A DNA stretch of 64,000 nucleotides. It comes from Geosiphon pyriformis uo1. Lineage: Eukaryota > Fungi > Glomeromycota. A program made the position numbers and the translations under genes. The stretch spans positions 62,001 to 126,000 of the forward strand of contig JAAOMT010000671.1 in NCBI GenBank assembly GCA_016748015.1, given 5' to 3'. Position 1 is the first letter of the stretch; the number at the start of each line of letters is the position of its first letter. Below are positions 13,932 through 26,523 of the stretch, one piece after another. The notes below the pieces were generated by a model. It worked only from the letters and a program-made list of their open reading frames with translations, did no database searches and had not been told where the DNA came from.

Positions 13932-13934
13932 TGT

Positions 13935-15280
13935 TTAATTGTATGTGTTTTGTCCAATGATTATGATTGGTTCCAGATCTCGTGGAATCTCATCTGGTTG
14001 GACTAGTATTCTTTGTACTCCTAATTGTGAAATATTACTGGTGAATAGTGACACTATATGGTAATATGGTTTTAATTGATTACCATGTGCTGCTTTGGCT
14101 AAAATTTTATTATTCCATCTTAATTTATAAGCTCCATTTTCAAGAATTTCTTTTATGTGAAATGGTTTGTTCCATTTGGGGTCAAATTTTCCACTCTATT
14201 GTTTTTCCATTTTGGTATGATGTAGAAGTACTTTGTCTCCAATCTTGAATTCAACTGGTTTATCTGGTAGTTGGTTATCATGTTTTTCTTTTTGTTTTTC
14301 CTGTGACTTTTGAATGTTATCAGCTGCTTTTTGTTGTTTGTTTTCTAGTGTTTCCATTAAGTCATATGTTTTTTTCAACAATGTTTTCTGAAAATTGTCT
14401 TTAGTTATTGGTTTTGTTGGATAAGTATTGACTTCTATCTCAACTAGTAATGTTGCTGTTTTACCATATACTAATTCAAATAGTGTTGCTTGTGTGGTAT
14501 CTTGCTTCATTGTCCAATAAGCAAATAGTACTGATGGTATGAACAAATTCCATTCATTCTGGTTTTTTTGACTGATTTTGGCGATTGCTTCACACAATGT
14601 TCTGTTAAATCTTTTAACTAACCCATTTGTTTGTGGATGGTATGGCAATGATAATGGTCTTTTGATTCCAAATTTTTGACTTAATTCTGCTAATGTTCTA
14701 TTCACAAAGTGAGTTCCTTGATCAGATAATAATTCTTTTAGACATCTATGTCGACAGATTAAATCTTGGTGGGCGAATTCGGCAACAGATTCTGCATCTG
14801 CTTTTTGAATGACTTTTGCTTCTGGCCAATTTGTGAGATAATTCATGGCTACTGCAATATATCTGTTGCCTCTGCTAGTGATTGTTAATAATCCAACTAA
14901 ATCGATTCCAATGCAGTCAAATGATTGTTTTATTTTAATTGGTCTCAATAGTTTACTGGGTTTTGTTCCATCTTTTCTCTGACAAGCATCACAATTTTGA
15001 ACATATTGGATAATGTTTGGATATATAGATGGCTAATAATATCTTTTTCTGGCTTTTTCTATTGTTGCTTCTTTATGAAAATATCCTGCTGTTGGATCTG
15101 AGTGCATATTAAACAATATTGTCTCTTTCTCTGATTCTGTAATTACTCTGGTTGGTTGATCTGAATTTTTTCTGTTTTTCTGGTAAAGTATATTTTGATG
15201 ATTGATAAAATATTTTGATTGTTGTTTTATATTGTTTTGTTTCTTTTGAGATAATTTCTCTTTGAACAATTGGGTATTTA
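13935..15280 (-). pseudogene. Integrase of A1 (HHCC, DDE core, GPY/F region)
   Basis: NMHSDPTAGYFH...CDAC; IGIDLVG, LLSDQGTHF, YHPQTNGLVKRFN (catalytic E>K); no chromodomain seen. Confidence 0.92.
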
Positions 15281-15359
15281 TATAATATTAGAGTTGTTGG
15301 TATTTTTGTGTGTTTATCTTTTGTTATATTTTTGAATTAAAATGTTCTAGATTTGTCTC

Positions 15360-16585
15360 ATTCGTGACAAATCATTGGCATTTTCATTGTCTTTCTCCTT
15401 TTTATAATGTACTGTAAATTTGTATGGTAATAATGCTATTTTTCATCTTATATAATAATCATCCCCAAATTCTTGTTTCTGGATTGAAGTTAATCCTTTG
15501 TAATCAGTATAAACATCAAACTTTTGGCTCAAGTATTCTTTCTATTTGGTGACAACCTAATAGATAGCTAAGTGCTCTAATGCTGGAGTTCTATAATTCT
15601 TTTCAGCTGGACTTAAGCTTCTACTAGTGTAAGCTACTGGATGTTCTCTTCCATTTGGTTCTTTCTGTGATAGTACTGCTCCTAATGCTTGGTCTAATAC
15701 ATCAGTGGTGATTATGAATGGTTTGCTGTGATTTGGATACATCAATACTGGAGCTTAAATAAGCTTTTTTCTTAATGTGTCAAACACTACTTGTTGAGCT
15801 TTGATCCATTTATACTTCACATTCTTGGTTTGTAGATGGTGAAGTGGCTAAGCCAGTTTTGAAAAGTCTTTGATAAAATGGCGATAATAGCCTGCAAACC
15901 CCAAAAATGCTCTTAATTTTGTCAAGTTAGTTGGTACTAAAAAGTTTTTAACTACTTCAATCTTATCTGGATCCATTTTAATTCTGTTTTTGCTTATCAC
16001 ATGTCCCAAAAACCTGAGTTCAATTTTTCCAAAGAAACATTTGGTTGCATTTAGTTTCAATCCAGCTTTTCTTAGTCTTTTAAATACTTGTTAGAGATAA
16101 TGCAGATGATCATCAAATGTTTTTAAGAATACATTGGTGTTATCCAAGTATACAACTACTGATTTCCATAGTAATCCAGTATAGACAATTTCCATGAGCC
16201 ATTGGAATGTTGTTGGAGTGTTCATTAAGCCAAATGGCATGACTTCAAATTCAAAATTCTCTTCTCTTGTTGTAAACGCAGTCTTTTTTTTGTTAGCTGG
16301 ATCCATGGCTACTTGCCAGTAATTACTATCTAAATCTAATGTTGAAAACTATTTATTTCCACTGAAAACATTGAATAACTCCTGAATTCATGGAGTTGGA
16401 TAACTGTCTCCATGAGTAATACTATTGAGTTTTTGATAATCCACACAAAAGTGGATTTTCCCATTTTTCTTCTGGACTAGTACCACTGGTGATGACCATA
16501 GACTTATTGACAGCTGAATTAGCCCATTGTCAAGCATTTGATTGATTTCTTGATGAATGATCTCATGGCTAGCTGGTAGTACTCT
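15360..16585 (-). pseudogene. Reverse transcriptase and RNase H of A1
   Basis: KTAFTT, VMPFGLMNTPTTFQ, VVVYLDN (YLDD mutated), LRFLGHVI, LRAFLGFAGYYR, FIITTD..LGAVLSQ, YTSRSL..EKNY. Confidence 0.93.
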
Positions 16586-17884
16586 TTATGTTTTTTGTTT
16601 AATTAGCATTGCATCTTTAGTCTTGATCTGATGCTGAATAATGTTGGTGTGGCCAAATTCATTTTTGCTAGTAAAAATGTCATTGAAATTGCTGAGTAAT
16701 ATCTTTAGTTGCATCTGTTGGAGTGGGTCTAGATTCCCTATGTTTATCTGTTCCAATTGTTCTGGTTGGAGCAAATAACATTTATTTTGTCTATAGATGG
16801 TTTGTGATGTAATGTCTACATATTCACAAAGCTGTGAAAAATCTGGAATGTGGTTTGGTGGTTGATCCTCCACTTCGATAGTTAAATATCTAATGATAGT
16901 TTCTTTTGGTATTTCAATAACACTTCCTATTGTGTTGTGGATGGAAATTTTGATGTTTTTGGGGCTTTTGGCTAATATGTAGAGATTAGTGAGTCCAATT
17001 TCTCCTAATTTGCAAATAGTGGCTTCTGCTTCAAACAATTGAGCTTGATTCTTTACTTTTTTTTTTATGGCTAACATATACTGGTCATATGGTGAAATAG
17101 AAATTGATTGATGGGTTGAGATAATTTTTCCTTTGTCAATAACTTCTTCCTTTGCCATATTAACTGGTACATCTATTCTACCTGTTGATCCAAATCTCTG
17201 TATTTCTCTAGTGGTGATCCTTAATTTTTCTCTGTTTTTCACTAATACTAGCTGAGCTACTTTCACCAAAGGTAGAAAGATTGCCTGTGCTATCTTTTCT
17301 TTTGGATCTATGATATATGCTTTTTCTGAGTTATTTTGTAATATAGTAATAATATTTTCTACATATCTGGCATCAATTATTTTTCCTCTGATGGTGATCA
17401 CCTTTTTCACTAAACTACTCCTAAATGTTAGTTGAACCATTGTTGTTGCTGGAATTTCCAATGCTATTTTCAAATCAATGCAAGTGCATGAATATGGTTC
17501 CAATTTAATGAGATCTTTCTCTGGATATCTCAGATCAAACCCTGCATTAGTATTATGCACACGTTTAGGCTTGATACCTTTATTATTATTGTTGAACCAT
17601 TTTAGTTCCTGCTTTTTGGTAAGGTCAATGAGTGCAATATATGTTTCAGAGTTTGAATTGGAGTCTGAATCATTGTTATTTTTGTTGCCATATTGAGTGG
17701 AGCTGGAACCATTGTTTTTATTGTCATTGTTGTCAGAGTTTGAATCAAGGTTGAAAGTTGATCCTGATTCTGATGCACAGTGGCTGATTGGTTTGTCTTC
17801 TTTTGAAATTGTGTAGATCATGCATGGTGGTGGATTGTAGATGAGGTTACACTCATTACAATACTGAAAGTCACATAGGATCAA
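16586..17884 (-). CDS. dUTPase-containing segment of the A1 polyprotein (degenerate)
   Basis: Motifs AGFDL, RSSL..K, IIDARY, KIAQAI, R....FGSTG. Confidence 0.88.
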   Translation of the reverse strand: MILCDFQYCNECNLIYNPPPCMIYTISKEDKPISHCASESGSTFNLDSNSDNNDNKNNGSSSTQYGNKNNNDSDSNSNSETYIALIDLTKKQELKWFNNNNKGIKPKRVHNTNAGFDLRYPEKDLIKLEPYSCTCIDLKIALEIPATTMVQLTFRSSLVKKVITIRGKIIDARYVENIITILQNNSEKAYIIDPKEKIAQAIFLPLVKVAQLVLVKNREKLRITTREIQRFGSTGRIDVPVNMAKEEVIDKGKIISTHQSISISPYDQYMLAIKKKVKNQAQLFEAEATICKLGEIGLTNLYILAKSPKNIKISIHNTIGSVIEIPKETIIRYLTIEVEDQPPNHIPDFSQLCEYVDITSQTIYRQNKCYLLQPEQLEQINIGNLDPLQQMQLKILLSNFNDIFTSKNEFGHTNIIQHQIKTKDAMLIKQKT

Positions 17885-18879
17885 ATAGTGGTCATATAAT
17901 CAGGTGTTTATTTCTTCCAAGTGTTGTTTTTGCTTTTCTCTAGTGGGTGCCAAATTCTGATAGTGCTTATAAAATTTCTCTGGGCCTGTCTCTATGTTGA
18001 GAAAAGCATCTGGGTTTGGGATGAGGACAATATCAACTGGCTCTGGTGAGTAGTTCTTGATTTCTAAGATTTCACTGGGCATGGCTCCTTCGATTTTGGC
18101 ATTGGCCATATGCCAGATCTCGTTTTCATTATGTGGATATCTGTTTAAGCAATTGATTGCTCAGTGCCAGGCTGTAGTAATAGGTGTCCCATAACTCACC
18201 CAGTCACTAATGAGGATTGTGTATTGGCATGAAGCATTGCACATTTCTTTTTGCCCAGGAATGTCATTCCATATTTTTTTATTGAGCAACTGTTTACTGC
18301 AAGTGAAACATGGTTTGTTGTCACACTTTTCTTGATGTTTTGGGTACCCATATCATTTTTTATGGCATGGCTTACAGTAATAATGTGTGTATGTTCAGTA
18401 GTCTTCATTTGGTGCCACCCAAGCTCCCATGGAAGAAAGTTTCTTTCCATAGTTTTTGTATTTGAGGGGTATATATGGTGGCTCTTTTATCAGTTCCCAT
18501 GAGTATTCCCTTTCCCAGCCACTAATTATTTCTTCTGTGGCAGTGGTTTCTTTGGTTAGATCTTCTTCCTTCCTTTTTTTTTTTCCTTTATCAGTTTCTT
18601 CCCATTCTCAGATTGGTAGTTTGTTTGAATTGTTGTTAGTTTCCCAGACTTGGTCAGTATTCCAAGTAAGTTTTTTCTTTTTCTTCCCTTTTCCATTATC
18701 ATCTCAGAAGAGTATTGGTAGTAACTTGTTGTGGTCTTCTTCAGTTTATGACACTTGATAGGCTTCCCAGGTAGGTTTCTTCTCTTCTTTCTTGAACTTA
18801 ATGAGTGGTATTGTCAAATTGGTGTTCTTGAAATGGCCATATGTGACTGGTACACATATGTGTCAGCCATTCTGGCTAA

Positions 18880-19393
18880 TTTGAAGCTCTTGCATATTCC
18901 AATCAAGCAACATGTTGGTTTTGGATAGCCAATCATTATCAACGAGTGCTTGGTATTGGGTGGCTTCCATGATTAGTACTTTGATTGGAACAATGATACC
19001 ATTGACTTCGATAGAGAAGTCATCAATTTCACCAATAGAGGTTTTGGTTGCTCCATCAGTGGTTATGATCCTGGCACTGGCAGCGCAATCAACTCAGTAA
19101 CCTAATTGGTCTATGAGTTGTCTTGTAATAATGCTGCCAGCTAATCCACTGTCTAAGATCAGTTTAATGGAGTGGCCATCAACTTTGGCATCAGTGTACA
19201 TGGCAATAATAGGTTTTTCTTCCAAAATGGCTCCACTAAATAATAACACGATTGACAGTTCTTCGAGTTCAAATGGGAAGATAGTGTCCAGTGATTTGTT
19301 CTCGGTAATGGTAGCTGGCAGAATGTTGCTAGTAAGTGTTGGTTGTTGGTTGGTTTCTGAGTTATTGGGTTGAGCATCTTCTGGGGAGACCAA
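18880..19393 (-). pseudogene. Retroviral-type aspartic protease of A1
   Basis: AKVDGHSIKLILDSGLAGSII motif; downstream ALVDNDWL equivalent of the ILG.D motif. Confidence 0.85.
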
Positions 19394-19699
19394 AAGACTT
19401 AAATAGTATTGGGAATTCAGGTTTTAAAAGTTCCTGGTGCCCGAATTCTGTTGTCAAAATCCTGATGGCTGGCTTGAGGAACTGGAGATTGGTTAATAAA
19501 CTACCATTGATGATTTCCAGCTTTGTTGTGTCAGTCTTGGTCTTTGAGTTCCATTTTGAGATAAGTTCTGCAACAGTGCTTGAATTTGTTGGGGCTGATA
19601 AATTACTTGAGGCTGTGGCTGATAAATGGGTTGGGACTGTGGTTAATAAATGACGGATATTGTTAGCTGATAAATTGGTAGTTGATAAATTGACTGTTG

Positions 19700-21613
19700 T
19701 GTCATAAGTAGGTAATTTGGTTGATACAGTTCTGGTGATTGATTATTAATGTATTTCTGAGTTTGTAGTCAGCAATCAGAGTTTCAATACTGATGGTCTA
19801 ATTTTTGTTCATTTAGCTGTTTACAGCATTCAAACTGTAAATGTCTTTGTTTATCACAATAGTGGCAAGCACACATCTCCTGCTGCCACTGTTGATTGGT
19901 CGAGGTTATTGGATACAACTAATCCTAAAACTGATTTGCATTTCCAGAATTATTGCGTTATTGTGGTGGTTGATAAATTGCATAACTGTCAGCTAAGTAT
20001 TCCTCTAATTTCTGATTGATGGAATCACTAAATTGTTTCAATTTGGAATCCAATTCAGATGATCCATTCATTACTAGATTAACAGCTTGGGCATGATTAG
20101 CTTTGAGTTTAGCAGCTTTAAAATCTCTGGTATTTGTAACTGTGGCTTGAAAGTCTGCTGAATGCATTGGGTGTATGCATTGGAGGATGCTACTATACAG
20201 GCCTCTGATGAATTGATTTAGGATTTGTGGCACTGTAAAATAATCAGCCTGTATGGCCTGAATTTGGTGTAGATTTCTGTAAAAGCATCCTAAGTAAGTA
20301 GTGACTGCTTTATTTTTTTCTTGCTTGATGGTGGTAAAAGTGTTTGCCAATTGGTTGATGCTATTATTATTACTGAAATATTGTAAGAATGCAAGCTTGA
20401 ATGCATTAAAATCCTGGAGTTTGTTGGCTAAGCTTTAATACCATGAGTTAGTGGTATTCTGGAGAAAATAAGAGATGGCTTGGAAGGCTCTTGCATTATT
20501 CCATTCATTAGCTGTGATGGCCTTTTCAATGTTATTGAGCCATATTTGGGTGTTGTCTTCTTCGCCGGTAAACTTCTCTAGTTTTGCTATTGGAATGTAA
20601 GCTATTGGATCTAAGTTCAGTTGTTGTAGTGGTTGTAATTGTTGTTGTGGCTGTTGAAGTGGCTGTTGTGGTTGTTGGGGTGGTTGAAGTGGCTGCTGTT
20701 GAATTGGTTCAATAATCAGTTCAATTGGTGGTTGATTGATGATGATTACTGGGAGTAAGTTTTGCTGATTAATTGTTTTGAGGTTCGAATTGTTTTGAGT
20801 TTGCTGGGTTTGAATGTTTGGAGTTTTAACTTCCAGGTTTTTTAAGATCAGGTTCTGGTAAGTAAATTCTTGATCTTCAGCTTTTTCTTCTTCTTCTTTC
20901 TCTGATTCTGTTATTTTCTAGGGACTTGTGTTTCTGAAATCTGGTTAAGGTGACAGTGATCGGAATCCTGATGGTATTGGCAATTATGATTTAAATCTTT
21001 CAAAATAATTGCCATAGGTTCTTAGTAATTCTGCTTTCTTTTGTTTACTTTGAAATAAAAGTTGTTTAAATGTTGATGTCGCATGTGATGTGGACGTGCC
21101 TGCTAATGAGATGTTGATAGTACTTCCTGGTATATAATAGTATGATGAATTGATTAGTAATTCAACTCTGGTTTTCTTTCAAGTGAGTGGTTGTATTTGT
21201 TTTGGTGTTACTGCTGGTGTTTGTAATCTTTCTTTGTCTTTGTCTGTGTAAGTAATGGGGAATTGCTGTTGTGTGTATTTTTCAATGGTTTGATTGATTT
21301 CTCTGATAATTGATGTGAAACTGTAGTTTTTTGGTAAGCTAGTATGTTGAAATAATTCTGTATAGAAATTTTTCCTTGCAAATTCAATGTTAACTGTTTC
21401 TCCTAAGCAGTCTGTAATTTTATCATTGACATAAAAGTTGAAGGCTGACTCTGCTGGAAAATGGTTATTGTTTAATTCTAATTGTTGGTTGTACTGTTGA
21501 AACAAGGATTTGGCGAATCCTAAGTGGTTTGCTCCTATGATTTCTGATTCTGCCACTTTTGGATGATTGTTGTTGGTGCTGTTCTCTGTAGGATTATATC
21601 TTACAGAGAGCAC
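19700..21613 (-). pseudogene. Gag of A1
   Basis: LEKFTGEED.TQIWL, Q/P-rich linker, FTTIKQ..ILNQFIRGL, knuckle CHYCDKQRHLQFEC (~19826-19870). Confidence 0.88.
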
Positions 21614-21617
21614 TAAA
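21600..21617 (-). other. Primer-binding site of A1 (decayed TGGTGCTCYCTGTGAG, elongator tRNA-Met-like)
   Basis: Minus strand reads tttagtgctctctgtaag right after the 5' LTR; better-preserved copies at 61425-61443 and 63884-63900. Confidence 0.7.
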
Positions 21618-21837
21618 TGTTATATATGATTATTTGGGATCTCAATTCAAATAACAAATTCATAACTTGGTGTTTAGTGACTAATCTGATAGATAATAAT
21701 GATAATATTGGTACATTGTTTTTATTTGAAAGTTTTGATTAAGTCTTTTATATAATGAACAGAGATTCAATGTTGTCTTTTTAGTAGCTTCCCAGAATTG
21801 CAATTCCATCAAATTTTTTTCTCAGCATGGTGGCCGG
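21618..21837 (-). repeat. 5' LTR of A1, U5-side fragment
   Basis: Aligns to 12359-~12578; interrupted at CCGG by element B. Confidence 0.92.
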
Positions 21838-22161
21838 TGTTATGGTTTAAGAATTTAGCAAAAAAAATCATAAAAATAATACAAACTATTCAATCATAAT
21901 ATAGCACAGTAATAATCTTAGAAAGGTAATAATTAACATAGTAGCAAACACCATCTCGCGATAGTGGCAAGCACCAGTTCACAATAACAGCCAACACCAA
22001 CTGGTGATAGCAGCAAGCACCAGGTTGAAATATCAAAAAGAAAGTATTTTCTCGTAGAACTACAAACATGTATATATACAGTAGTTTTAATATTGGGAAA
22101 GAAAAAAATCAAGTAATAAAAATCATAACTTATCAAGCAATAGATCCAATTTTATTCAACA

Positions 22162-22180
22162 AGATGTGTATAAGAGACAG
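22162..22180 (+). other. Tn5 mosaic end / Nextera adapter AGATGTGTATAAGAGACAG (artefact)
   Basis: Exact 19-bp match to the known mosaic end. Confidence 0.97.
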
Positions 22181-23070
22181 CCAATAAACCCACTAGCAGA
22201 AAACGGCAACGAAATGACCACACCATACATTACAAGACTAACAGATTTCTCAGGAGAGGAAGAAGAAACAGATATGCACACATGGCTCAGAGAAGCACAA
22301 AAAGCCATCCAGGCAAATAACTGGAACGACCAAAGAGCAATTCAAACATTACCTTTCTTCCTAAAAGGCACAGCCGACTCGTGGTATCAAAGCCTGGAAA
22401 CAAAACCCATGAGCTTCGCCGAATTTAAAAATGCACTCCTGGAGTATTTTAGCGACCCAAACGCCATAATCCAACTACAGAACGAATTCAATACTATCAA
22501 GCAAAATACCAGTGAAACTGTCACCCAATACCTTGCTCAATTCAATCGAATTCGCCGTCAGATTGAAGCGATTGAACAAGGATACTACACTAATCCTCAG
22601 GTTTTAAATCAGTTTATTAGAGGATTAAAAAGCAGCATTTTAGGAAGAGTACGCCCTGCCCACCCTAATTCCTTATCAGAAGCCGTTACGCTCACCAGAG
22701 CCCTTGAATCGGCTGAGAAAGAAGCTAACCATAGTCAAATGGTTAACATGGTAATGGAGGAAAATAAGACAGAAACATTAGAGAAAAGAGTAATGTGATT
22801 AGGGGAGGAACTCTCTAAGAAAATAGAAAGTTACCTCATCCCGGATCCAAGAAAAAATACATACCAACCACCCCAAAGACGCAGCCAGGAAGTCAGCAAC
22901 AGTCGAAATAATCGCTCGTCGCGCCAGGAATTCAGAACAGAAACATGCGCCTGCCATTTTTGCAAATGCGTAAGACATTTGATTAGTCAATGTCGAACGC
23001 GAATAATGCAGAAAGCACACGAAAATAATTACTACATGCCACCCCAAATGCCCAGAAACCAGTACACACC

Positions 23071-23089
23071 CTGTCTCTTATACACATCT
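23071..23089 (-). other. Tn5 mosaic end / Nextera adapter CTGTCTCTTATACACATCT (artefact)
   Basis: Exact reverse complement of the 19-bp mosaic end. Confidence 0.97.
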
Positions 23090-23090
23090 A

Positions 23091-24660
23091 TTGTATAGAG
23101 AATTATCACAATACACTACAAAAGAAGTAGCAGTAATAGCCGCAACTATTGTCAAAATCCATCGAGAAATTGAGCAATACACCAACGAAAATTTTCCAAT
23201 ATCCACAGGAAACACTAGGGAATGCACCAACAAAACCAAAGAAAATTTAGAAACTAATCAGGAAAGTAACCAGCAAAAACTAGAAACACCAGCTCAAACG
23301 CCAAAGAAAACTGTTACTCAATCAATAAAGAAACAACGTATTTATTCACTAGAAGATAAATCATACCATTTTTCACCAGAAAATAAGATACAAATTCCAT
23401 TAGGAGCTGCATCATTATTAACATCAACTCCACAAACGCCAAGAACTTCTAGTTATATTGATAAAATTAAACAACGTAACTGGAGAGACATACCAATTAC
23501 AAGAGGATATTCATCACTATTCCAAAACCATCTTTTTCAGCCAAAATTTAGAACGGGGTTTGAAAACCGTGAAGAGGAGTCTGAATCAGAATCCGAAAAA
23601 GAGACCAGCGAAAAAACAATCACAAGNNNNNNNNNNNNNNNNNNNNGAAGCACAAAAAGCCATCCAGGCAAATAACTGGAACGACCAAAGAGCAATTCAA
23701 ACATTACCTTTCTTCCTAAAAGGCACAGCCGACTCGTGGTATCAAAGCCTGGAAACAAAACCCATGAGCTTCGCCGAATTTAAAAATGCACTCCTGGAGT
23801 ATTTTAGCGACCCAAACGCCATAATCCAACTACAGAACGAATTCAATACTATCAAGCAAAATACCAGTGAAACTGTCACCCAATACCTTGCTCAATTCAA
23901 TCGAATTCGCCGTCAGATTGAAGCGATTGAACAAGGATACTACACTAATCCTCAGGTTTTAAATCAGTTTATTAGAGGATTAAAAAGCAGCATTTTAGGA
24001 AGAGTACGCCCTGCCCACCCTAATTCCTTATCAGAAGCCGTTACGCTCACCAGAGCCCTTGAATCGGCTGAGAAAGAAGCTAACCATAGTCAAATGGTTA
24101 ACATGGTAATGGAGGAAAATAAGACAGAAACATTAGAGAAAAGAGTAATGTGATTAGGGGAGGAACTCTCTAAGAAAATAGAAAGTTACCTCATCCCGGA
24201 TCCAAGAAAAAATACATACCAACCACCCCAAAGACGCAGCCAGGAAGTCAGCAACAGTCGAAATAATCGCTCGTCGCGCCAGGAATTCAGAACAGAAACA
24301 TGCGCCTGCCATTTTTGCAAATGCGTAAGACATTTGATTAGTCAATGTCGAACGCGAATAATGCAGAAAGCACACGAAAATAATTACTACATGCCACCCC
24401 AAATGCCCAGAAACCAGTACACGCCAATACCATGCCAATATCCCACCACGTATCAAAATCAAGGAGCTTACCAGCAACAGCCCATGATAGCCAACCCGAA
24501 TTGGCATCCTGAGGCCCGAAATCAGCCCATGTGGAACCAGAACGCGTTGGTCCAGAGGAATCCAAACCGCGCCGGAACCAATCAGCAAACCAATCCAAAC
24601 TACCAAAATTATCAACAAACTTATCTTAATATACCGGAAAACCTGATCATCGGAAACAAT
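23091..24660 (+). pseudogene. Gag of element B
   Basis: Retrotransposon gag motifs (QANNW..LPFFLKGTADSWY..FIRGLK), TGA at 24151-24153 (likely from CGA), knuckle CHFCKCVRHLISQC; the copy at 22181-23070 is near-identical and adapter-bounded. Confidence 0.88.
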
Positions 24661-24729
24661 NNNNNNNNNNNNNNNNNNNNNNNNNNNNNNNNNNNNNNNN
24701 NNNNNNNNNNNNNNNNNNNNNNNNNNNGA

Positions 24730-26431
24730 GGAAAATCCAGCACTACCAGCCATCGAAACCTATCAGCTCTCTTGGGCTGATGACCAAAGAACAGGACTAC
24801 CAGCCGTACCAACATGGACCAGCGAAGAAAGATCCGAATGGAACCAGGTAAGTTCACGAAAAAACCACCAGCGACGCAGACCAAAGCTAGAATGCTCGGT
24901 TTGCAAGAAGAAACTCTCGTCTATGACTGCGTGCAGCACACCGGACGAAGACCCAAGAAACCCCACCCATTACTATTGTAACCATTGTAACAAAGAAAAA
25001 TACGGTTACTCAGAAAGACACGGAAAATGGGACGAGGAACTGTGCCTCGCTTGTGGAGAACCGTTACCAAGAGGGTGCGACTGAAACGACTTACCAGGCA
25101 GAGGAAGAACGTGTGACGCAACTTGCCAATACACAATCCTCATCTGTGACTGGGTAAGAGGAGGAACGCCATTCGAAGCAGGATTCAACAGAGCGTTAAA
25201 AAGACTACAGCACTACCCACACAATGAGGACGAGTTGTACAACACCACACAAGCCAAAGTAAGAGGAGGAACCGCCGAAGAAATACGACATTGGAAAAAG
25301 TCAGCCGAAGTAACCGACGAAGTCGCCAGCTACAACATGTTCGATCCAGTGGACAAATTCCAGGACTACTACCAACAACTATGCTCCACTCGACAAGAGC
25401 AAGAACAAAACCTCGCCCAAATCAACACTTACCTCTGCAAAAACTGTCTCATCCCATGCCAAAGTCAGTGCTGTGAAGAGTGTCAAGACGAAAGGGACTT
25501 AGAAAGAAAAATGGAAATTGAGAATCAGCAGTCTCAAAATCAATCAATAAATCAACAAGACTCACCTGACGGTCCCGAGTCAGAAAAATTTGTAGCCTAT
25601 ACCGACCTAGAACAGGTGACCGACATTCGATACTTCGACAACGGGCACTTAGGAATAATATCTGAAAGAGCCCATCCAACTGACGCCGGATTCGATCTAT
25701 GTTATCCGGAAGACCAATCCACAACATTACCACCCAGGAGCATCACCAAAATCGACCTAAAAATAGTGGTTGAAATTCCACCAGGAATAATGGTTCAAAT
25801 GGCGTCGTGATCAAGCCTCGCAAAAAAAGGAATAAGCGTTCAAGGAGGAGTAATTGACTCCGGATACACTGGAAATTTGATGGTTTTGCTACAAAACAAT
25901 TCAGAAAAGCCTTATACCATTGAATCTAAGGAAAAGATTGCACAAGCAATTTTCCTACCATTGGTAAAAATTGGGAAATTCATGCCAATGGAAAATCATG
26001 AGGAATTGTCACAAACAACGAGAGAAACTTTTGGTTTCGGATTGACAGGAAAAGGAATTGAAGCGAATTTCGCTGAAACAATAGAGGAAAAAGGCGAAGT
26101 AATTAAAAATAAGCGGTCCATCACGCTCCTACCATATGGAAAATCAGAAATAAGAATAAAAAGGACAATTAAAGAAAAAGACCTAATAATTGAGCCCTAC
26201 CCAGAAACTTGCCAACAGTTTCTCATAGGACTTACTAACCTTTTTATTCCAGCTGATAAAGCTCAATGGATAAAAATTCCTATCGCAAACACCACAGAAG
26301 AACCCGTCTACATTCCGGAAGATACCATCATTGGATACCTCGGAACAGAGCTAGAAAACGCGTTAACACCACAAGAAATTCTAAATTTCCCAGAAATCGC
26401 CCTCTACTGTGAACTCACTTCAACAAATTAA
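24730..26431 (+). pseudogene. Cys-rich Zn domain plus dUTPase of element B
   Basis: CSVC..CNHC..CLAC..CDATC..CKNC..CQSQCCEEC, then RAHPTDAGFDL, S*SSLAKKG, GVIDSGYTG, KIAQAI, GFGLTG. Confidence 0.88.
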
Positions 26432-26523
26432 TAACACAGTATTGAACCACTATAGTAACTTAGAATTTAATGAAGAAATTAACTTCGATTTTGACAGAGC
26501 TCAATCTTGAAAGGAGGGGATAA

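Noticed and set aside
22162-23089. Composite transposon with 19-bp terminal inverted repeats, or real tandem gag duplication
   Set aside because: The repeats are the exact synthetic Tn5 mosaic end, there is no TSD, and N gaps lie nearby.
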